A stretch of 64,000 nt of DNA, taken from contig JARKPQ010000037.1 in the NCBI GenBank assembly GCA_029975155.1, forward strand, positions 3,725-67,724, written 5' to 3'. Below are positions 58,365 to 64,000 of this stretch, in pieces. The position numbers and the translations under genes were made by a program. The notes beneath the pieces were generated by a model, which saw only the letters and a list, made by a program, of their open reading frames with translations, was not told where the DNA came from and did not search any database. The DNA is from Propionicimonas sp. GTDB lineage: Bacteria; Actinomycetota; Actinomycetes; Propionibacteriales; Propionibacteriaceae. Each line of letters opens with the position of its first letter. Position 1 is the first letter of the stretch.

Positions 58365-58970
58365 ATGAGCGAACGAAAGACCCTTGACCTCTGGTTCGAC
58401 CCGCTGTGCCCGTGGGCGTGGATGACGTCGCGCTGGGCGCTGGAGGTGGCCAGGGTCCGGGACGTGGACGTGCAGTTCCACGTGATGAGCCTGTCCGTGC
58501 TGAACGAGGGCCGCGACCTGCCGCCGGACTACCGCGATCTGATGGACAACTCCTGGGGCGGTGCCCGGGTCGCCCTCGCCGTCCAGCAGCAGTACCCGGA
58601 GAAGCTGGCGGAGTTCTACACGGCGCTGGGCACCCGGATCCACCTCGGCAAGGAGCCGAACGAGCGGGCCACCCACGAGGCGGCGCTGGCCGAGGTCGGC
58701 CTGCCTGTCGAGCTGGCGGACGCGGCCGATACCGACGCCAACGACCCCGCGCTGCGTGCGGCCCAGGCCGAGGTGACCGCGGCCGTCGGCGACGAGGTGG
58801 GCACCCCGGTGATCCGGGTGGACGGGATGAGCCTCTTCGGCCCGGTGATCTCCCCCGCGCCCAAGGGCGAGGCCGCCGGCCAGCTCTGGGACGGCTTCGT
58901 GAACGTCGTCGCCTACCCCGGCTTCTTCGAGCTCAAGCGCACTCGGACCGTCGACCCGATCTTCGACTGA
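58365..58970 (+). CDS. DsbA-like thioredoxin-fold protein (Rv2466c family)
   Basis: WFDPLCPWAWMTSRW, VGTP, FGPVIS and FFELKR; TACACT 6 nt before the ATG (leaderless). Confidence 0.88.
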   Translation: MSERKTLDLWFDPLCPWAWMTSRWALEVARVRDVDVQFHVMSLSVLNEGRDLPPDYRDLMDNSWGGARVALAVQQQYPEKLAEFYTALGTRIHLGKEPNERATHEAALAEVGLPVELADAADTDANDPALRAAQAEVTAAVGDEVGTPVIRVDGMSLFGPVISPAPKGEAAGQLWDGFVNVVAYPGFFELKRTRTVDPIFD

Positions 58971-59092
58971 GCCGCGCCTGCCGGGGTCGGAACACACCCA
59001 CCACGTCATCCCGGCGGAAGCCGGGATCCCCGCACCGGCGTAGCGACCGCCTGCGGGTCTCGACAGGCTCGACCATAGGTGGGCGGGCAGCC

Positions 59093-60346
59093 TCAGGGAT
59101 CGATGGCTGCGTTCTCGGTCGGCACGGGGCGGCGTCCGGGCAACAGGCGCGGCACCCACCAGACGGCCCAGGCGCCTCCGGCGAGGCTGAGCCATCCGGT
59201 GGCGACGGTGGCGGTGACCACGCCTGCGACGCCGGTCGTGGCAGCGACCAGGGCGGGTCCGATCAGGGCGCCGGCACCGGTCAGGCTGTTCCACAGACCG
59301 AGCCAGCCCGCCCGGTTCCGGACGGGCGTCAGGTCGGCGCTGAGGGTCTTGTTGATGCCGGCACCGAGACCGTTGCCGACGGCAACCACCAGGGAGATGA
59401 CGACGAAGCCGGGCAGGCCCGCCGCCAGCGGCGCCAGCAGGAAGCCGACGCCCATCAGCACCAGGCACGGCACGAGTACGGCCGCTCTGCCGAAGCGGTC
59501 CATCAGCGTCCCCGCAGGCAGGATGAACGCGAGTTCCGCCACAGCGGCCACGGCGAACACCAGCGACACCACCGCCTCGGTGTGCCCGAACGCATGCCCC
59601 AGCAGTGGGAGCAGCAGATCGCGGTTGGTCCGCGCGACGGTCAGCACCAGGACGGCGATCCCCACGAGCAGCAGCGGGCCGAGCACGTCCCGGCGGGACG
59701 GGCCGGGGTCGATCTCGGTATCGGGGAGGTGCGCGGGAGCAACGATCCGCGGCGGGACGAACCCGACCACCAGGACGAGGCTGACCAGCGCCGCGACGAG
59801 ATGGACGACGAACGCCATGGGCGCCCCGGCGACGGCGATCACCCCGGCCCCCAGCAGCGGACCGATGATCCGCCCCACCCGCATCGTCCCGCCGAACAGC
59901 GTCATCGCTCGCGCCCGCAGGTGGACGGGCACTTCGTCCGCGAGATAGGTCTGGCGGCCGAGGTCCCAGGTGAGGTCGCCGAGACTCATCACCAGGACGC
60001 CCGCGCAGAACAGTCCCGGCGCCCACGCCGGCACGGCTTCCCGCGTCCCGGCGAGCGCTGCGACGAGGCAGCCCACGATCGCCGCCACCGAGACCGCTCC
60101 GCCGATGACCAGGGCCGCGCGTTCGCCCAGGCGGGCGACGACCTGCCCGGTGGGGAGCGGTCCGATCACGGTGATCAGCCCGGCGGCGGTGATCAGCAGC
60201 GCCACCTGCGGCACGCTCAGGCCGAGGGCCAGCCCCACCAGCGGCAGGACGGGCACGATCGCCGCGGTCCCGCAGGCGTACAGCGCGGTGGGCAGGTAGA
60301 TCGGGAGCATCAGCCGGCGCAGCAGCACCGGGAGTTCCTCTGCCAT
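59093..60346 (-). CDS. MFS transporter
   Basis: About 12 TM helices; GQVVARLGER and GTLMDRFGR motifs. Confidence 0.88.
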   Translation of the reverse strand: MAEELPVLLRRLMLPIYLPTALYACGTAAIVPVLPLVGLALGLSVPQVALLITAAGLITVIGPLPTGQVVARLGERAALVIGGAVSVAAIVGCLVAALAGTREAVPAWAPGLFCAGVLVMSLGDLTWDLGRQTYLADEVPVHLRARAMTLFGGTMRVGRIIGPLLGAGVIAVAGAPMAFVVHLVAALVSLVLVVGFVPPRIVAPAHLPDTEIDPGPSRRDVLGPLLLVGIAVLVLTVARTNRDLLLPLLGHAFGHTEAVVSLVFAVAAVAELAFILPAGTLMDRFGRAAVLVPCLVLMGVGFLLAPLAAGLPGFVVISLVVAVGNGLGAGINKTLSADLTPVRNRAGWLGLWNSLTGAGALIGPALVAATTGVAGVVTATVATGWLSLAGGAWAVWWVPRLLPGRRPVPTENAAIDP

Positions 60347-60361
60347 CGGCCGATCTCCCCC

Positions 60362-60379
60362 TATCTCGACATCAAGATA
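60362..60379. promoter_or_regulatory. 18-bp palindromic operator TATCTCGAC-ATCAAGATA (MarR UrtR/TamR-like)
   Basis: AT-rich imperfect palindrome 16 bp upstream of the MFS start; regulator family assigned from memory. Confidence 0.55.
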
Positions 60380-60482
60380 CCCAGTCGCCGACAGGGCGCG
60401 TCCGCTGCCCGGCCCGCGTCCGGACCGTCCACCCGGCGAGGTGAGGGCTGTCCCCGGCACGGCCACCACTAGCGTGCAGTCC

Positions 60483-61400
60483 ATGCTGGACGTCATCGCG
60501 AGAGCGCTCTCGCTGGTCGCGATCGTGGGGATCGGGCTGGGGATCAAGCGGCTCGGCTGGGCCAGCAGGAACGACTTCGGGCTGTTCTCCCGGCTGGTGC
60601 TCGGCGTCACCCTGCCGTGCGCGTTGTTCACCAGCTTCAACGACTACCACCTCGAGTACGCCCTGCTCGGGCTCACCGTGCTCGCGCTGGTGCTCAACGT
60701 GGCCCAGCAGGTGGTCGGCTACCTGATCGCCGCCCGGCAGGGACGGCGGGCGCAGGCGTTCGCCGTCCTGAACTCCGGCAGCTACAACATCGGGGCGTTC
60801 GCGACGCCCTACCTGGCCGGGTTCATGGGCCCGCACGCGATGATCTACGCCACGCTCTTCGACTTCGGGACGGCGTTCTCGTCCGCAGGGATTGCCTACG
60901 GGTGGGGCATGACCCTCGCCAGCGAGCCCGGACGGCACGGCTGGCGCGACCTCGTCCGGACGCTCGCCGGTTCGCCGATCTTCGTCGCCTACCTGCTGCT
61001 GCTGACCATGCGCCTGCTCGACCTGCGGCTCCCCGACCCGGTGATCACGTTCACCTCCATCGTCGGCGCGGCCAACCCGTTCCTCGCGATGCTGATGATC
61101 GGGATCGGGCTGGAGCTGAACCTGCACCCCAGCAAGTACCGGGCCGCCGCGCGGATGCTCGCCGTCCGCTATCTCTTCTCGATCGCGGGCGCGGTGGCCT
61201 GCTGGTTCCTGCTGCCGCTGCCCGCCGACGCCCGGATGGTGGTGGTGATGCTGCTGTTCGCGCCGATCGCGTCCATGATGCCGGTGTTCACCCAGCGGGC
61301 CGGGCTGGACGTCGAACTGTCGGCGCTGATGAACTCCGTCAGCATCGTCGTGGCCATCGTCGTGATGCCCTCGCTGTACCTGGCCCTGCACGCCGCCTGA
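60483..61400 (+). CDS. AEC (auxin efflux carrier) family transporter
   Basis: TLPCALF, YNIGAFATP, PFLAMLMIG and APIAS. Confidence 0.85.
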   Translation: MLDVIARALSLVAIVGIGLGIKRLGWASRNDFGLFSRLVLGVTLPCALFTSFNDYHLEYALLGLTVLALVLNVAQQVVGYLIAARQGRRAQAFAVLNSGSYNIGAFATPYLAGFMGPHAMIYATLFDFGTAFSSAGIAYGWGMTLASEPGRHGWRDLVRTLAGSPIFVAYLLLLTMRLLDLRLPDPVITFTSIVGAANPFLAMLMIGIGLELNLHPSKYRAAARMLAVRYLFSIAGAVACWFLLPLPADARMVVVMLLFAPIASMMPVFTQRAGLDVELSALMNSVSIVVAIVVMPSLYLALHAA

Positions 61401-61405
61401 GGCGC

Positions 61406-61945
61406 TCAGTCGAATCGGCGGTTGACGCCGGGCTTGATGCTGCGGATGGTGTCCTCGATGTCGCTGATCGCGAGATCGGGATGGGTGCGGGACAGCTTGG
61501 CCAGGTAGCGGGTGCCCGCCCTGGCGAGCCGCTCGCGCGCCACCTCAGGGGTCACCCGGGTCACCTCGGCGGCCTCGGCCTCGTCCAACTCGTCCCAGAA
61601 TCGCAGCTGGATCAGGTCGCGGTCGGCCTGTCGCAGCCGGCTCAGGGCCTCCAGGAAGTCGTCGGAGGGGTTGCGCTTCCTCGGGCCGCCGATCAGCGCA
61701 CCGCCACCGCGCAGCCGGTCCATGATGCTGATGCTGTCGGAGTAGCGCTGGTAGCTGGCGATCACGACCGCGTCGATCGCGGAGTAGAGGTCGCGCAGTC
61801 CGTGGTCCTTGCGCGGGTCGAGCCGGGCGAACACCTCCTCGGCCATGTCCTCCGGGTCGGCGAGGCCCATCGCCCGCCACTCGCAGGCGGTCACCGCCAG
61901 TTGGCGGTACCTGACCCGCAGTGCGTCGACGTCCACGGCGTCCAA
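61406..61945 (-). CDS. Sigma-70 region 4-containing sigma-like protein
   Basis: EDMAEEVF and EALSRLRQADRDLIQLRFWDELDEAEAAEV...RLARA; region 2 degenerate. Confidence 0.65.
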   Translation of the reverse strand: MDAVDVDALRVRYRQLAVTACEWRAMGLADPEDMAEEVFARLDPRKDHGLRDLYSAIDAVVIASYQRYSDSISIMDRLRGGGALIGGPRKRNPSDDFLEALSRLRQADRDLIQLRFWDELDEAEAAEVTRVTPEVARERLARAGTRYLAKLSRTHPDLAISDIEDTIRSIKPGVNRRFD

Positions 61946-62115
61946 CCTAGTGCCCGCGGGCTGCCGGTGCGCGGGGCGTCTGCCGGGTGTACGAAGTTGT
62001 CCACAGATTGCGGCGCGGGACGCGGCCCGCGCCGCGCGTCCTCTACGATCACGCCCACCGGCAGGCCCCTGGTCACCACCCCCGGTCCAGCCGCCGCCGG
62101 TGAAGGGGGTCGGCC

Positions 62116-62730
62116 ATGGCCGAGAGAACTGTTGCCGCGCCGATCCGGACGCGGCGAAACCTGCGCTGGATCACGGCCGGCGTGCTGGCCGTCTGCCTGG
62201 GCGGACTCGGTGCCGCGCTGCTGTACACGAACCTGAGCAGTGCGCAGACCGTGGTCCGGGTCGTCCGGACGGTCTACCGCGACCAGGTGATCACCGCGGC
62301 CGACCTCGGCGTCACGTCCGCCGCGCCGGCCGCCGGGGTGGACACCGTGGCGGTCGATCGGATGGACGCCGCGATCGGTAGTACAGCGCAGTACGACCTG
62401 GTCGAGGGCAGCCTGCTCGGCCCGCGTGACTTCGGAGAAGCCGCGGTCGAGGCGGGCACCGCGCGGCTCGGCCTGCGCCTGGCCGCGGGGCGAATTCCGG
62501 CATCCCCACTGCCGCCGGGCACGGACGTGCTGCTGGTGCCGGTCGGAAGGGACGGCGGCGAGCCGCCGGCGGGAGCGAGCGTCATCGCTCGGATCGCCAC
62601 GTCGTCCGCCGCCCTGCCCGACGGCGCGTCGATCGTGGACGTGAGCGTCGCCGCGGCCGAGGCCGAGCGGGTGGCGCGGCTCGCCGCCAGCGACCAGCTG
62701 GTGCTGGTGCGGCAGGCCGGACGGCGATGA
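62116..62730 (+). CDS. SAF domain protein (CpaB/RcpC-like)
   Basis: N-terminal TM, DQVITAADL and DLVEGSLL. Confidence 0.75.
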   Translation: MAERTVAAPIRTRRNLRWITAGVLAVCLGGLGAALLYTNLSSAQTVVRVVRTVYRDQVITAADLGVTSAAPAAGVDTVAVDRMDAAIGSTAQYDLVEGSLLGPRDFGEAAVEAGTARLGLRLAAGRIPASPLPPGTDVLLVPVGRDGGEPPAGASVIARIATSSAALPDGASIVDVSVAAAEAERVARLAASDQLVLVRQAGRR

Positions 62731-63497
62731 GCGTCCTGCTGCTGACCAGTGCGGGCCACGCGCCCGGCGTCACCGCGCTCGGGGTGGCCCTCGCGGTGAC
62801 CTGGCCGGAGCCGGTGCTGCTCGTCGACGCCGACCGCCAGCCGGACCAGTCCGTGCTCGCCGGGTACCTGCAGGGCGCCGATCCGGGCGGACGCGGGCTG
62901 GGCGGGCTGCTGCAGGCCCACCGCGAGCGGCGGCCGCTGGCGTCCTGTCTTGACGAGATGGCAGTGTCGCTCGGCGAGGAGGGGCACGACTTCCTGCCCG
63001 GATTCTCCCACCCGGGCATGGTGTCGCTGTTCGGCCCGGCGTGGACGGAGCTGGCGGACGCCCTCGAGGCGGCCGGCCGGACGGTGCTGGTCGACGCAGG
63101 CGGAATCGGTCCGGACGGGCTGCCGGCCGCTCTGGTGACGGCCTGCAGCGGGCTGGTCGTGGTGACCGGCAGCCGGCTGGTCGACCTGGCGGCACTGAGG
63201 CTGTACCTGCCACTGGTGGTGGCCGCGGCCGGCGAGGAACGGGTGGGCCTGGTCGTGGTCGGACCGGGCCGGCCGTACGGCTCGGGGGAGATCGGGCACC
63301 GGTTCGGGGTCCCGGTGTGGGCGAAGGTGGCCTGGCGGCCGGCGGAGGCCGCGGTCTTCGCGGCCGGCGAGCCGGCGCCCCGGCGGCTGCTGGGCAGCGG
63401 CTACGTCGAGGACGTCCGCCGGCTCGGCGAGGTGCTGGCCGAGCGGACGCAGGGACGGCGGCGGTTGCTCGGTGGTGGCGTGGGGAGACGCTCGTAG
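62727..63497 (+). CDS. MinD/ParA-like (CpaE/TadZ-like) protein
   Basis: SAGHAPGVTAL deviant P-loop, LLVDAD and VLVDAG. Confidence 0.7.
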   Translation: MSVLLLTSAGHAPGVTALGVALAVTWPEPVLLVDADRQPDQSVLAGYLQGADPGGRGLGGLLQAHRERRPLASCLDEMAVSLGEEGHDFLPGFSHPGMVSLFGPAWTELADALEAAGRTVLVDAGGIGPDGLPAALVTACSGLVVVTGSRLVDLAALRLYLPLVVAAAGEERVGLVVVGPGRPYGSGEIGHRFGVPVWAKVAWRPAEAAVFAAGEPAPRRLLGSGYVEDVRRLGEVLAERTQGRRRLLGGGVGRRS

Positions 63498-63506
63498 GCT
63501 GAGCAC

Positions 63507-64000
63507 GTGCCAGACCTCGCGACCGCGCTGATCGCCTGGTATCGCGACAACGCGCGGGACCTGCCCTGGCGGCGTCCGGGGTTCGGGGCCTGGGGTGTGC
63601 TGGTCAGCGAGTTCATGCTGCAGCAGACGCCGGTGATCCGGGTGGTGCCACACCTGGAGGCGTGGCTGGCACGCTGGCCGACCCCGGCCGCGCTGGCCGC
63701 CGCGGCGCCGGCGGAGGCGGTGCGGCAGTGGGCGAACCTGGGCTACCCGCGACGAGCGTTGTGGCTGCACCGGGCGGCAGTCCAGCTCCGCGACCGGCAC
63801 GGTGGCGAGGTGCCGCGCGACCTGACGGATCTGCTGGCGCTGAGCGGGGTGGGCGCGTACACGGCGAGGGCGGTGGCGGTGTTCGCCTACGGCGAGCGCC
63901 ACCCGGTGGTGGACACCAATACCCGACGGGTCCTGGCCCGGGTCGTCGAGGGCCGGTCGCAGCCCGGTCCGCCCGCCGCCAGGGATCTGGCCGCGATGGC
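63507..64000 (+). CDS. mutY: A/G-specific adenine glycosylase (partial, runs off window)
   Basis: Not in the ORF track; GTG 63507 reads WYRDNARDLPWR, VSEFMLQQT, LGYPRRA, GVGAYTA and VVDTN. Confidence 0.93.
   Translation, partial: MPDLATALIAWYRDNARDLPWRRPGFGAWGVLVSEFMLQQTPVIRVVPHLEAWLARWPTPAALAAAAPAEAVRQWANLGYPRRALWLHRAAVQLRDRHGGEVPRDLTDLLALSGVGAYTARAVAVFAYGERHPVVDTNTRRVLARVVEGRSQPGPPAARDLAAM

Noticed and set aside
58365-58970. CPWA instead of CXXC as an inactivating change
   Set aside because: Monothiol variants are, to my knowledge, common in this family

Overview
High-GC actinobacterial chromosomal window. The gene set (pta-ackA, lactate permease plus Dld-II, Zn-free S18, rpsF-ssb-rpsR-rplI, mprAB-like pair, mutY) suggests a Propionibacteriales-like organism; this is an inference. 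Most of it is housekeeping and metabolic genes separated by at least four families of REP-like palindromic repeats. The strongest candidate new system is at 4222-9650: a minus-strand operon encoding an S8 subtilase with a (GGGYWHGIG)x3 repeat, an ECF sigma factor, a small putative anti-sigma and a TPR-CHAT caspase-like protease. Upstream of it lie two back-to-back copies of one promoter-like motif (GTATCAG-N14/15-GCTCT). One faces the operon; the other faces a ~185 nt highly structured, apparently non-coding region. Other notable items are a leaderless M-W-N uORF attenuator ahead of an ABC-F gene, an HTH plus HTH-nSTAND1 paralog pair lacking a sensor, a DUF488 plus partner pair, a 73-bp DnaA-box-like direct repeat around an OsmC/MarR cassette, a REP-flanked sugar island, and REP-derived in-frame insertions in Dld-II. 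All calls come from reading the sequence and ORF track by eye; no searches were run.
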